A DNA stretch of 64,000 bases from Nitrosopumilus sp. (GTDB lineage: Archaea > Thermoproteota > Nitrososphaeria > Nitrososphaerales > Nitrosopumilaceae). The stretch lies in the NCBI GenBank assembly GCA_965218695.1, contig OZ244651.1:2395687-2459686 (forward strand), written 5' to 3'. Made by a program: the position numbers and the translations under genes. Numbering within the stretch: position 1 is the stretch's first letter; the number at the start of each line of letters is the position of its first letter. Below the pieces are notes generated by a model that did not search any database, was not told the DNA's origin, and worked only from the letters and a program-made list of their open reading frames with translations. Below, piece by piece: positions 9,903-20,230 of the stretch.

Positions 9903-10153
9903 TACAAAACCTTCTTGGACATGCACAGTGCCGTCTCCCAGTACTATCGAACTGCGAGATTCAATCTGGATTTGATCAAATTCTTTAACAGAAAAGCCGA
10001 ATTATTTTGCAAGAACTTTTGATCGCCACTATAGGCAGGAAGCATGCACCAATATCGGTAGCACTTGCAAAGAACGGGTTTAAAAATATGGACGGCGTGA
10101 TTTTGTGGTTTCTGCCTCGACACATCACTGCCAGAGAGGTCTGGTAAGATCTA

Positions 10154-11254
10154 TACTGACGATCAAAAGTTTGTGCACAATGCCTCATATTTTCGGCTGG
10201 TAAATTTGAGGATGTCAAGCTTGAACCTGGCGGTTCGATAATACAACGAAACTGCCCGGTGCATGTCCTGAAATGTCCGGTAATATTCCGAGACGAGCAG
10301 GACGCGCTTTCCTTGGTGCCAGCATTCCTCCATCGCGTTGAGGTACGGCGAGCCCTTTGGCAGATAGATCATCTTGACATCCCTGTTGCTGCGCAGAAAT
10401 TCCTTTACCAGTTTTGAGCGGTGCTGCGGGGCCCGGTCTGCCGTCACTACCACCTTGCCAAAATGCCGGTGCAGATCCTTGAGGTATCTGACAAACGTGG
10501 GTCCGTCAAATTTCTCGTACGTCCGGAAAAACTGCCTGCCGTCTTTTGCGATCGAGCCGTACGCTGCGATCCTCTTGTGGCTGCCGGTGTACGGCACGCT
10601 TATGGGATGGCCCACCAGGGACCAATATTTACGGCCGACTATCACGTCGTGTATGAAGATTGCCTCGTCCTCCATTACCGTGGTAAATCCCTCCTTTTCT
10701 AGGCGTGAAACGCGCTTGTTGAAGCGGTATTTCCAGTTCTGCACGGCCTTTTTGTTGGCCCTGTTAACATGGACTTTCCGTGGTGCCTTCGGGGACAGGC
10801 CGTACTGGTGCATGATCTTCCTGACGTACGTGATGTGAAGCTTTACGCCCGTGTCATGGTGTATGTTCTGTTGCAGTTCCGAGGGCGTGATTTTATGGCA
10901 TGCCGTCTTTGCAATTATTCCGTCGATGACGTCTTGCGGGATCTTTCTGGGCCGTCCGCATCTGGGAAGATCACGGAGGCCTTGCAGGCCTCCGTCATCG
11001 AAGCGGCTCAACCAGTTGCGGACCCAGTTTGGGCTCCGTCCTTGGATGTCGGCAGTCTCCTCCACGGTCATGTTGAACACGCGAACCATGCGTACCGTGA
11101 CCATCCTAGCCCGAACCTTGTGGTCTTTTTCTTTTTTGCACGCTTTTTTTAGTTCTTCCAGTTTGGAGTCGTCCATGTCTCCATGAAAGAAAGTCTGATC
11201 TAGAAACTTTGCGGTTGGCTAGGGCATTTGCTCAAAGACTTTTGCGTGTCAGTA
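10154..11254 (-). mobile_element. IS630-family element type C (1101 bp), copy 1
   Basis: TIRs TACTGACGATCAAAAGT / ACTTTTGCGTGTCAGTA; TA duplication; matching copy at 31798..32898. Confidence 0.95.
10163..11176 (-). CDS. IS630 transposase, intact
   Basis: HTH (DLPRCGRP), EDEA, DRAPQH, LPKGSPYLNAME. Confidence 0.95.
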   Translation of the reverse strand: MDDSKLEELKKACKKEKDHKVRARMVTVRMVRVFNMTVEETADIQGRSPNWVRNWLSRFDDGGLQGLRDLPRCGRPRKIPQDVIDGIIAKTACHKITPSELQQNIHHDTGVKLHITYVRKIMHQYGLSPKAPRKVHVNRANKKAVQNWKYRFNKRVSRLEKEGFTTVMEDEAIFIHDVIVGRKYWSLVGHPISVPYTGSHKRIAAYGSIAKDGRQFFRTYEKFDGPTFVRYLKDLHRHFGKVVVTADRAPQHRSKLVKEFLRSNRDVKMIYLPKGSPYLNAMEECWHQGKRVLLVSEYYRTFQDMHRAVSLYYRTARFKLDILKFTSRKYEALCTNF

Positions 11255-11985
11255 TAAGCGGACATTAGCCTTACTCTGCCGGAACCATGCATCTCGAACT
11301 CAGGGCACGACCTGACAATGGACAACAGATCTCCATAGCAATAGTGACGGGGATCAAAGTCTGGATGCGATACTCCAACTATTTGTGCAACCTGCGAGAG
11401 AAAAGCCCAGCCGTCCTCACGTGCGTAGTATGGAATGGCTTCCTTAATAGCCTCTTTTCAGTTAAACAGAGTCTCCCAAGAGGCAGCATCAAGACTAACC
11501 GATAGAGGTAGATCTTCCAAATTCTTGAAGACTGTGCATGTGTCCTTGAACGATATGTTCCTGTCTGAGCTGTCGATTCCCATCACGAAAACACTATCCG
11601 GGTGGATCCTCCTAATCAAGCTGGCAAAATGGTTGTCGCTGGCTACGATGCAAAAACCGTTGACCTCTTCTCTGGAACAGAGCATCTCCACGGCGTCAAT
11701 CGTAAGCGCAAAGTCCGCGGCATTACTACCCTCGGCATAGTTGGGAACAATCTTTATCCTATGTCGCCCAATACATTTCTCCCAGTCTGACAGTTTTTTG
11801 TAGTTGCCATAGATACGGCGTGTGACAACCGTACCATGCCGGCTTGCTTCAGACAGCACGCTCCCAAAGTATTCCGGATCCACAAAATCTCCGTCGATCA
11901 GTACGGCCAACCGGCGCGGGTCAGAAGCCATAACGTGACAATCACAAATCATCAATATACTGTTTTCGTCGGGAGTGGGACACAC
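11255..11985 (-). pseudogene. NYN (LabA/DUF88) RNase + OST-HTH/LOTUS domain protein with a premature TGA at 11458..11460
   Basis: LAVLIDGD, RIYGN, AADFALTIDA, IVASDNHF; after the TGA the same frame gives DGWAFLSQV...PDFDPRHYCYGDLLSIV. Confidence 0.85.
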
Positions 11986-12135
11986 GACGATCTCGTACCG
12001 ACTCCGTCATTCCAGGCTCATGATCCTTTCTCAGTAAGGAACTGAATGGAATTTAACCGGAATTATTCGTTTTTTATGGTTTTTTATGGAATTTATGCTA
12101 ATTTTGAGTATTTTTGCAGGCATGCATTACGCATA

Positions 12136-13429
12136 GTGGACGACAGAATGTTTCGCTCATTTTGCCATGAGTGGCAAGTACCTGATATTCAAATTAAAAC
12201 CCCGCCAGGACGACACGGCGTAAGCATGGTCCAAATGGTTTTGGTGCAAAAATTCCCGTGAAGATCCTTACGGCGTAAGGTACTTCATGAGTTTGACGGG
12301 TTTCATCTCGCCTGTTCTGATTATTCTCTTGACGGCGCCTGCAACCTCACCTGTAGTCTTGAACTGCCTTCCGGCAAGTATTCTCTTGAGCACCCTCCAC
12401 TGGACCTCGATGGGGTTGAGCTGCGGGGTGTACGGCGGGAGGAATATCAGCCGCACGTCTCCTCCGGTGCCCTTCACAAAATTCTTCACCGTATCCGTCT
12501 TGTGATATGACGCGTTGTCCAAGACCATGACGAATCTTCCGTACGTCCGGCGCATGTCTTTTAGGAAATCTACGAACGTTTCGGAGTTTGTGGACTCGAC
12601 TTCTTTTGCGTGGATCCGGCCCAGGGCCAGCGCGCCAAACATCCGGACTGATCTCGTGCTGAACTTGACGCTTACCGTGCCTCTGCCTCCTATGGGCCTC
12701 CACCCGTATCCGGCGCCTGCCCCCAGCTGGACTGCAGCCTCGTCTCCTGCAAGCACGGCGTATCCGCGTGAAATTACGCCCAGGATCGTTCTTTTTGTCT
12801 TCTCCTTGAATTGCTCCTGCTCCTCGGTCGTGGCAGACTTGCGGGGCGCGGGCCGGGGTTTTGTGTATGAGAACCTGATCCGGTGCAGTGCCCGCTGTAG
12901 CGTGCGGATGCAGCCGAATGCGCAGATCCTGCTCCTGATTGCGTCGCGCACCATGCCCAAGCTCCACGACGCGGATGCGAATCCGAATTTGGACGGATCC
13001 TCGTACAGCCAGTTTCTTATCATCCTGACTGTGTGCTCGTCCAGTATCCTCTTTCTCCCGGTTGACTTTTTGTCAAACCTGCCGTTCAATCCATCTTGGA
13101 CGAGCCGCACGAGCCACCCGCGGATGGTGGAGTACGGCCTCATCATGGAGCCGGATATGGCGCGCAGGCTCATTCCGTCTTTTCTCTTGCAGCACGCAAC
13201 CAGTATGTCGCGCGCCTTGCCTGACGGCGTTTGGGAAATCATCCGGCGGATCTTGTCTTGGCTCACGTCTTGCAGGAATTGGTCGCCTTTGGGCAGCCTG
13301 TCATTCTTGTATGGCGTGTTTGAGAATATCACCCAGATTTTCAGCACGTTCTGGGATCAAAATCTTTCGGTGGGAAATAACACCCACTCAATTTACGCGC
13401 TTAAATGATCGAAACATTTTGTCGTCCAC
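12136..13429 (-). mobile_element. IS630-family element type D
   Basis: TIRs GTGGACGACAGAATGTTTCGCTCATTT / AAATGATCGAAACATTTTGTCGTCCAC, flanked by TA. Confidence 0.88.
12268..13347 (-). CDS. IS630 transposase
   Basis: GDEA, LDNASYH, LPPYTPQLNPIE. Confidence 0.93.
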   Translation of the reverse strand: MLKIWVIFSNTPYKNDRLPKGDQFLQDVSQDKIRRMISQTPSGKARDILVACCKRKDGMSLRAISGSMMRPYSTIRGWLVRLVQDGLNGRFDKKSTGRKRILDEHTVRMIRNWLYEDPSKFGFASASWSLGMVRDAIRSRICAFGCIRTLQRALHRIRFSYTKPRPAPRKSATTEEQEQFKEKTKRTILGVISRGYAVLAGDEAAVQLGAGAGYGWRPIGGRGTVSVKFSTRSVRMFGALALGRIHAKEVESTNSETFVDFLKDMRRTYGRFVMVLDNASYHKTDTVKNFVKGTGGDVRLIFLPPYTPQLNPIEVQWRVLKRILAGRQFKTTGEVAGAVKRIIRTGEMKPVKLMKYLTP

Positions 13430-13456
13430 TACGCAATATAGTAGTATTTGGAGTAT

Positions 13457-13557
13457 TTTTGGGGCCTTTTCTGGGCATTTTGGGGCCTTTTCTGGGCATT
13501 TTGGGGCCTTTTCTGGGCATTTTGGGGCCTTTTCTGGGCATTTTGGGGCCTTTCTGG
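13457..13557. repeat. Tandem repeat of a 21-bp unit, TTTTGGGGCCTTTTCTGGGCA, about 4.8 copies
   Basis: Four perfect units plus a partial fifth; no spacers. Confidence 0.95.
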
Positions 13558-13944
13558 TACTTTTCCACATACACATTACACATGTCACCGCACCGTCTGC
13601 CCTTCCACCCTCCTTCCGCGCCTTCGCTCCGCTCGGCGCGGGTATCGCCTCCAAGACCACCACCCACAGGCCCGCGTCGCCTCTTCATCCGCGCCTGCGG
13701 CTTCGGCTCCGCTAAATCCCGGCCTGCGCCCCGGCGCGGCGAGCACCCCGTGACCATGGAGTCGGTAGCTACCATACCATGGCACCACGATACTGCCAAA
13801 CGACCCGAGGGTGCGGCAGTGTCGAAGTTCGGCGACGCGACCGTCCAACCCGGCGGCGGTTCAAACCGGATGGGACATATCGCGATAAAGCATTTTAGGT
13901 TCCACCATATCTACAAACCATATTGCATCATTCCAACAACAACT

Positions 13945-14064
13945 CTTGGAGGAATTACGCCCCGTGTCTACTGCCACGAGAATCTATCATCTCTTGTTGA
14001 GTCGTATCCGGAGTTTCAGGCACAAGAACTCGATCAGATGAGACTGCGTGCTGTAGAATTTTAG
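13945..14064 (+). pseudogene. Orphan OST-HTH/LOTUS C-terminal fragment
   Basis: GITPRVYCHENLSSLVESYPEFQ resembles DFDPRHYCYGDLLSIVRSCPEFE at about 11300-11360. Confidence 0.5.
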
Positions 14065-14133
14065 TGTGATAGACAAAGCAGTAATGTCCTGTGCCAAGAA
14101 ATACATTTGCATTCTTACCATCTGACTCTGCTA

Positions 14134-15235
14134 TAGTGAAAAGCAAAAATTCGTTCCAAGTTCAGCACCTCAGACCGAAAACTATGTAGATCATCTGGTC
14201 GCCTAACGCGGCATGAGCAAAGTAACACGGGAAGAACTCGAAGCAGCATACAAAAAAGAAAAAGACCTCAGGGTGGGAGTCAGAATGCTTGCAGTGCACA
14301 TGGTATATTTTCGCAAAGTGAGCATAGAGGATGCAGCCGTCAATCTTTTGCGATGCCCTCGATGGGTGCGCAACTGGCTGGAACGCTTCGAGAAGGGAGG
14401 CCTTGAAGGCCTCCTGGATCTTCCCAGATCCGGCAGGCCGCCCAAGATTTCGCCGGAAACAATGGACGGCATACTGGACAAGGTAGACAGGTTCAAGACC
14501 ACTCCTGCCGAACTGCAACAGGTCATACACAAGGAAACGGGAACAAGGATGCACAGGACGAATGTCAGGAAAATCATGCAAAAATACGGCCTGTCTCCCA
14601 AGGGGTCGCAAAGGATCCACATTAACAGGGCCACCAAAACGGCCGTAAAAAGTTGGCAATATCGCCTCAAAAAGAGAATTTCACGCCTAGAAAAGGACGG
14701 TTTTGTCCTGGCCGTGCAAGACGAGGCGTTCTTCATACACGACGTAAAATCGGGTCGCAAGTATTGGTCGCCTGTGGGGGTGCCAATAACCGTACCATAT
14801 ACTGGAAGCCACAAAAGAATTGCCGTGTACGGTTCAATCACGACGGACGGCAGGCAGTTCTTCAGGACTGCCAGCGGGTTTAATGCGCCCACATTTGTTG
14901 CCTATCTCAAGGCCATGCAGAGGCATTTTGGGAAGGTGGCCGTCATGGTGGACAGGGCGTCCCCGCACCGCGCAAAAGCCGTCCGGACGCTGCTGCGCAA
15001 GAACAAGAACATCAGGATCATATACCTGCCAAAAGGCTCACCGCATCTCAACGCCGTGGAAGAATGCTGGCACCAGGGAAAACGGAACCTGCTTGTCTCA
15101 GAATACTACAAAACCTTCTTGGACATGCACAGGGCCATCTCCCAGTATTATCGAACTGCGAGATTCAATCTGGATTTGATCAAATTCTTTAACAGAAAAG
15201 CCGAATTATTTTGCAAGAACTTTTGATCGCCACTA
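14134..15235 (+). mobile_element. IS630-family element type A, intact copy
   Basis: Same TIRs as 7672..10031; TA duplication in CTAG. Confidence 0.95.
14213..15226 (+). CDS. IS630 transposase, intact
   Basis: QDEA, DRASPH, LPKGSPHLNAVE. Confidence 0.95.
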   Translation: MSKVTREELEAAYKKEKDLRVGVRMLAVHMVYFRKVSIEDAAVNLLRCPRWVRNWLERFEKGGLEGLLDLPRSGRPPKISPETMDGILDKVDRFKTTPAELQQVIHKETGTRMHRTNVRKIMQKYGLSPKGSQRIHINRATKTAVKSWQYRLKKRISRLEKDGFVLAVQDEAFFIHDVKSGRKYWSPVGVPITVPYTGSHKRIAVYGSITTDGRQFFRTASGFNAPTFVAYLKAMQRHFGKVAVMVDRASPHRAKAVRTLLRKNKNIRIIYLPKGSPHLNAVEECWHQGKRNLLVSEYYKTFLDMHRAISQYYRTARFNLDLIKFFNRKAELFCKNF

Positions 15236-15894
15236 TAGTCACTCATTTCTGCATGAGATCCACGTTTTTTCTGTGCAGTCAACACAGGTTCCATGCCTGA
15301 TGGTCACGAGTCTAAACGTCTTTGTACGTGTCTGCAAATGAGTTCATGTAATGGTCTTAGTAAAACTGATGACCGAACGGTTACCTGACACATTTGCAAA
15401 GTATCTGTATCTTCTGGATCACAAACATGTCACCAAAAGGCATTGTGCATAGAAACCACATAACCTGCCAAATTTTGGCAATTTGGACAGGGTTTGAAAA
15501 AAATGAACATTAATTAGATCCTACATCATAGTATCACAAATGGATAAGCTGTTTTCAGAAAGAAATGGACTGGTAACACACAAGATGCAAATAGAATCGA
15601 TGAACGAGGAGTTACGAACCCGGTTGTGGAATGCCTTTTACGTATTCCTTATGAATCCCCATAAACGTATTATAGCTATATTTCTATGGACAAAATTTTT
15701 CAAATGGAAAATTGATGAATATTCTCACAAAACGTCCGGAAATCTTATTAAAAAAGAATTTTTTGACATGCCGTGGTATCGAGTTTATGACCTCATAGAA
15801 GTTATTTACAAGTTTGATGCTGCCGGATCTGTTTATGGGACTCAAGAGAGACAAGTTCTGAATGAGATGAATAAGAATATTGAGCAATTCACTA

Positions 15895-17418
15895 GAAAAT
15901 ATGCGTAATCCAGAATTTTTTCAAACTCCGCGTTGACATGTTAGCCCTGCTGTCAAAAATTTATGATCCATTCAATTAAAACCAAAATATGCCGGTTCAT
16001 ACTGTTGTCGAATCAGAAAACAAGCGACCTGCAAAAAGAGAATAAGGCTCTCAGAGACATGATCAAGCGCCAGGACGCTGACATCAAGCGCCAGGACGCT
16101 GACATCAAGCGCCAGGACGCAGCTGCCAGGCACGAGCAAAGCCTGTGGCGCACACGGGACGGTTCCGAATCCGGAGCCGCAGGAGAGCCCGCCCTGTTGC
16201 ACCGCGTGGAGGTGCTTGACGACATCATCAGAGTCGGGAAGAAGCTTCATGACGCGACGCTGAAGTGCAGGGAACAGTTCCAATACATACTTGACAGGGC
16301 CGAGGCGTGGATAAGGCAAAGCGGCAAATCCCCACTCTTCAGGAATGACGAGACGAGGGCATCGGATCCCGGGAACCGCTGCAAGCTGTACCCAAGGCAC
16401 GCGCTGCTCATGTCACTGATGTACAAAAAGGGCAACCCCACGCAGGGCGTGCTTGCGGCATTCTTTGGAATAGACCAGGCAACCGTGTCCCGGTATATCG
16501 ATGTACTAGACGAGGTGCTTGACGTGGCGCTGCCCACTGCTGCCAACATCTCAAAGGAGATGGCAGACACGGAGACAAAAGAGGATCTCAAAAAAATAAT
16601 TTCCGGACCTGACGGGGGCATCATGATGATCGACGGCACGCACTGCCCCATACAGAGGCCGGACGAAAAACAGATGAGAAGCATGATGTATTCTGGCAAG
16701 AAGAAAAAGTTCACCCTCAATACCACCGTGTGCATAAACGAAAACGGGGTGATAGTCGCCATATCCGACAGCACCGTGGGATCCGTCCACGACATCACGC
16801 TTCTCAGGGAGAGCCCGCTGCCATTTGGAAAGTGGTGGGACCGCATGTGCGACGAGAACACCCCCGAAGAGGACAGGGTCCACACCCTTACTGACCGCGG
16901 TTACAAGGGAATCGCAAAGGATATGCCCGGTACAAACACCCTGCAGCCGCACAAGAAGACCAAGAACCACAAGCGCTTTACAAAGGAGGAAGAAGAACAC
17001 AACCACAAAATCAATTCCGCCCGGGTAAAGGTAGAGCACTCCATTGGCAGGCTGAAGCGGTACGGCCGGCTTACCGCGCCATACAAGGGAAAGATTGGCG
17101 ACTTTAACAGGGAATTTAACATAATAACAGGGCTTGTAAACCTGGACCTCGTGTGGAACTACCTGGAGAAGGGACCCCCTTCAGGCGGCAATCTGGGGCC
17201 GGTAATAAACTGGGAACAGGCAAACGTCCCCGGCAGCGCCGTTTCAAACAATTAATTCCGTGCACATCGCGGTGCTGCAAGGCTGCGCACGTTATTTTGT
17301 ATTTCTGGCAGGACAGGATCCCCACATGGCTAACATGGCGATAATTAAATTAGAATTTTTAATATTTTCTGGTTTTTCTGGTTTAACCCAACGAAATGGA
17401 GGGATTACGCATGGCTTC
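15895..17418 (+). mobile_element. IS5-family (ISL2-like) element A, copy 1
   Basis: TIRs GAAAATATGCGTAATCC / GGATTACGCATGGCTTC, flanked by TA; second copy at 37615..40501. Confidence 0.9.
15963..17255 (+). CDS. IS5-family transposase (HTH_Tnp_4 + DDE_Tnp_4) with N-terminal coiled coil
   Basis: LAAFFGIDQATVSR, IDGT, YSGKKK, HD, DRGY, R.KVEHSIG.LK. Confidence 0.92.
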   Translation: MIHSIKTKICRFILLSNQKTSDLQKENKALRDMIKRQDADIKRQDADIKRQDAAARHEQSLWRTRDGSESGAAGEPALLHRVEVLDDIIRVGKKLHDATLKCREQFQYILDRAEAWIRQSGKSPLFRNDETRASDPGNRCKLYPRHALLMSLMYKKGNPTQGVLAAFFGIDQATVSRYIDVLDEVLDVALPTAANISKEMADTETKEDLKKIISGPDGGIMMIDGTHCPIQRPDEKQMRSMMYSGKKKKFTLNTTVCINENGVIVAISDSTVGSVHDITLLRESPLPFGKWWDRMCDENTPEEDRVHTLTDRGYKGIAKDMPGTNTLQPHKKTKNHKRFTKEEEEHNHKINSARVKVEHSIGRLKRYGRLTAPYKGKIGDFNREFNIITGLVNLDLVWNYLEKGPPSGGNLGPVINWEQANVPGSAVSNN

Positions 17419-17917
17419 TATTGTAAAAGACGACAACATTACATTAGGCAAAGCATTAGATCGAATAAAAAAAATGGAAAAGTTAGCCGTTCCTCGTGCT
17501 TGGATTGATGTGTTCGATAGATTATATGGTCACACAAGCACAAATAGTTCTAGACATGCAGCCAGTCAAAACAGTGCTCAAATTCAGCAAGAAGAGGCTA
17601 TACTTTTTTTGGTGACATGTTCTGCTTTTGTAAACTATTTGAATAAAATCGTATTATTACAGTCATAGTCCAAACGCATGTGAATTGAGAGCATGTTCTG
17701 CAGCATAACACGGTAAAATCTATGCAGAATCACCACATATCAGAAAATTGCTTGTCACAAAATAAAAATAATAAAAACATGCCACAAATGACATATTTAC
17801 AAACACAAAGACTTGCATGTTAAGTATTTTTAGCAGTGTTGGTTTGTGGGAGTTTGCTTTGTTTTTTCAACTATTTGTGTTGCGGTTATGACGTACTTCT
17901 ATAACCGTGCGGACATA

Positions 17918-18195
17918 TACTGAGGATCAAAAGTTCGTGCACAGGATCTCATATTTTCTGCTGGTAAGTTTGAGGAGGTCAAGATTGAACCGGATGGTTC
18001 GATAATACAACAAGACTGCCCAGTGTATGTCTTGAAATGTTCGGTGGTATTCTGAGACTAGCAGAATGCACTTTCCCTGGTGCCAACATTCCTCCATCAC
18101 GTTGAGGTACGAGGAGTCCTTTGGCAGATAGATCATCTTGACGTCCTTGTCGTTGTGCAGAAATTCTCTTACCCCTTTGAGCGATGTTGCAGAAC
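17918..18195 (-). mobile_element. IS630 3'-end relic, related to type C
   Basis: TIR TACTGAGGATCAAAAGTTC and degenerate C-terminus IYLPKDSSYLNVMEECW...CTNF. Confidence 0.85.
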
Positions 18196-18553
18196 CAGGC
18201 ATCCCAGATTTGGCAAATGAACTAAAACCAGACTGCAAGACGCGTCTGCACGGTTCCCCCGCGTCTGCACGACTCCCCACGGTTGGTGCATTAGAAGCCA
18301 CAAGACAGCCAAGCGACCCCAGAGGGTTCGGGCGTTGGGTGGAACGCCGCTTTGAATCGGTGTTACTTTGAATCGATACCTCTTCGAGCCTTCAAATCTC
18401 GACCGTCGCCGGCCGGCCGGAACCTCTTGATTCCCAAGCGTGGAGGTCCTTGCCGGCCCTTGTTGAGCCTTATGGTCCGACCGTGATTCAGATTCAGGCA
18501 AAAGATCAACTGACATCGCGCGACGGGGCGCAAAAGAACAACTGATGGAGATT

Positions 18554-19140
18554 TTAGATCACCGGGATGCCAATTTCCTTGAGATAACAGTACGTGCCAT
18601 CGTAAAACTTGCTATCTCTAGTGTCGTCTGCGGGATCTCCTTCGGGCACGAAGATGATCATGCCTTCCCTAGCCCGTGTAAGCAAGACTCGGTACGCATT
18701 CTTTAGAAATCTCTGCTTGTATTCTTTGTTTATTTTGGTCCACTTGTCACCCCGAAACTCCCTGTACTGCCATGTATCTCCCACATACCGCAGATCCGCG
18801 TCCCACCCAATGCACACCCAGTCAAGTTCCAGGCCCTGCACCTTAAACTCCGTGGCAGCGTACTCCAAGCTGCACGAGGAACGTGGATCCCTGCACGGGT
18901 TGAGGAACCAATGGGCGGCATCTATTGCCAGCTCTACGTATATCCCATGGGGCTTGAGGCGGTATGACTTTGCGGCCGCAACTATTCCAAACCTCCTGCT
19001 TCCCCGAGCCCGCGCCCGTAGCCATTTTTTTGTGGCTCCAAAATCTCGTGTGAGCACGATCGGATACTGGTCCATCCCATTCAGCATCCTCTTGGCCCCA
19101 GCATGGTCAAGATCCAGCAGGGATTTGACAAACGCAGATA
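18554..19140 (-). pseudogene. DUF2075 (Schlafen-like P-loop helicase) C-terminal fragment
   Basis: ATEF.VQGLELDW...WDAD, YRVLLTRAR.GM.IFVP.GD; 5' part replaced by IS630. Confidence 0.88.
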
Positions 19141-20228
19141 TAGTGTCGATCAAAAGTTTTTTACATTTAGGGACTTTCTACAGATAAACTCCATTACATC
19201 AATCCTTGGACGCGCGGTCCTGAAATACTCCGACATCGCGTTGCGCATCTGCACTATCGTGGCATAGTACTCGGACACCAGCACGTTACGTTTTGCCTGG
19301 TGCCAGTACTCCTCCACGCCGCTAAGCTCGGGCGTTGCAGCTGGAAGCCACATGACCTTGATGTCGGGATTTTCCTTTAGAAATTTCATCACGATCCTTG
19401 ACTTGTGTTGTGGCGCATTATCCATGATTACGACCACCTTTCCAAAATGCCTGACCAGATCCTTGAGATACTGCAGGACCGTCTCCTTGTCAAATTTTTC
19501 ATGCGTCCTGAAGAACTGCCTGCCGTCTGTTACAATGGAACCGTATGCCACCACCTTTCCGTGCCGTCCCTTGTATGTCGTGACAATCGGCTCGCCTTCT
19601 GGCGACCAATACTTTACGCCCGATGCCGGATCGTCTACAAATATGGCCTCGTCAAAGACGACTGGGAGAAAACCCTTCTCTTGCAGGCGTGAAATCCGCC
19701 TTTTGGCGTTGCGCTGCCACTGCCTGATCTTTTTGATCTCTGGCCTGTTGACGTGGATGCGCCGGGCCGTCTTGGCAGACAGGCCAAGCCTGTGCATTAT
19801 CTTTGTGACGTTTGAAATGTGGTATGTCACCTTGAATTCTTTGCGTATGTTTTCTTTGAGCTGTTTTGGAGTTGTGATGCTGCCAGTCCTTGCTGCAAGT
19901 CCCGCAATCTTCTCAAGCCCGACCTTGGGCGGCCTGCCCGGGCGGGGCCTGTCTTCCAGGCCTGCAAGACCCTCGCTTTCAAAGTGCCGGACCCAGCTTG
20001 TGACAGTGTGCGGGTCGCAAAAGCACAGTGATGCCACCTCGGATACGCCCAGCCCCCTGATCTTGACCATGCAGACGGCGTGGATCCTACCCTTTATGGT
20101 TCCCCTCTTCTCTCTCTTGTAGGCCTGGATTAACAGCTTTTTGCTTTTTTCATCCATGTGGGCGGTAGTGCGGAGTGATCAAAAAATGTTACGCTCAGAC
20201 TGACGTAGAAGACTTTTGATTGACACTA
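19141..20228 (-). mobile_element. IS630-family element type E
   Basis: TIRs TAGTGTCGATCAAAAGT / ACTTTTGATTGACACTA, flanked by TA. Confidence 0.93.
19150..20157 (-). CDS. IS630 transposase, intact
   Basis: RPRPGRP, FDEA, MDNAPQH, LPAATPELSGVE. Confidence 0.93.
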   Translation of the reverse strand: MDEKSKKLLIQAYKREKRGTIKGRIHAVCMVKIRGLGVSEVASLCFCDPHTVTSWVRHFESEGLAGLEDRPRPGRPPKVGLEKIAGLAARTGSITTPKQLKENIRKEFKVTYHISNVTKIMHRLGLSAKTARRIHVNRPEIKKIRQWQRNAKRRISRLQEKGFLPVVFDEAIFVDDPASGVKYWSPEGEPIVTTYKGRHGKVVAYGSIVTDGRQFFRTHEKFDKETVLQYLKDLVRHFGKVVVIMDNAPQHKSRIVMKFLKENPDIKVMWLPAATPELSGVEEYWHQAKRNVLVSEYYATIVQMRNAMSEYFRTARPRIDVMEFICRKSLNVKNF

Positions 20229-20230
20229 TA

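Larger units (their letters stand above)
7751..10022 (+). pseudogene. IS630 transposase disrupted at codon EYY|K by an insertion
   Basis: The 3' end (KTFLDMH...FCKNF*) resumes at 9903. Confidence 0.92.
7672..10031 (+). mobile_element. IS630-family element type A, interrupted by a nested IS630-B
   Basis: TIRs TAGTGAAAAGTGAAAGTTC / GAACTTTTGATCGCCACTA; TA duplication in a CTAG target; near-identical to 14134..15235. Confidence 0.93.
15540..17668 (+). pseudogene. AbiJ-NTD4-like / HEPN-domain protein interrupted by IS5
   Basis: N-terminus FSERNG...Q...LRTRLWN...WYRVYDLIE; C-terminus TLGKAL...LYGHTS..SRH...EEAILFLVTCSAFVNYL; low GC. Confidence 0.75.

Noticed and set aside
11458-11460. In-frame TGA as selenocysteine or genetic-code reassignment
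   Set aside because: TGA is an ordinary stop in many genes here; no SECIS evidence; a nonsense mutation is simpler.
13457-13557. 21-bp repeats as a CRISPR array
   Set aside because: The units are contiguous with no spacers, and there are no cas genes in the window.
13388-13799. ORFs with KAPKCPE / GPFLGIL / FWAFWG repeats
   Set aside because: All frames are open only because the repeat lacks stop codons; no credible start or domain.
13865-13875. ACCGGATGGGA matching the tRNA-Val 3' region as the second att site
   Set aside because: Only 11 bp and lacking the terminal bases; plausible by chance in tens of kb. The island's far boundary remains undefined.
18240-18375. Short duplications (CGCGTCTGCACG x2, CTTTGAATCG x2)
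   Set aside because: Two copies each in degenerate DNA, with no interpretable structure.
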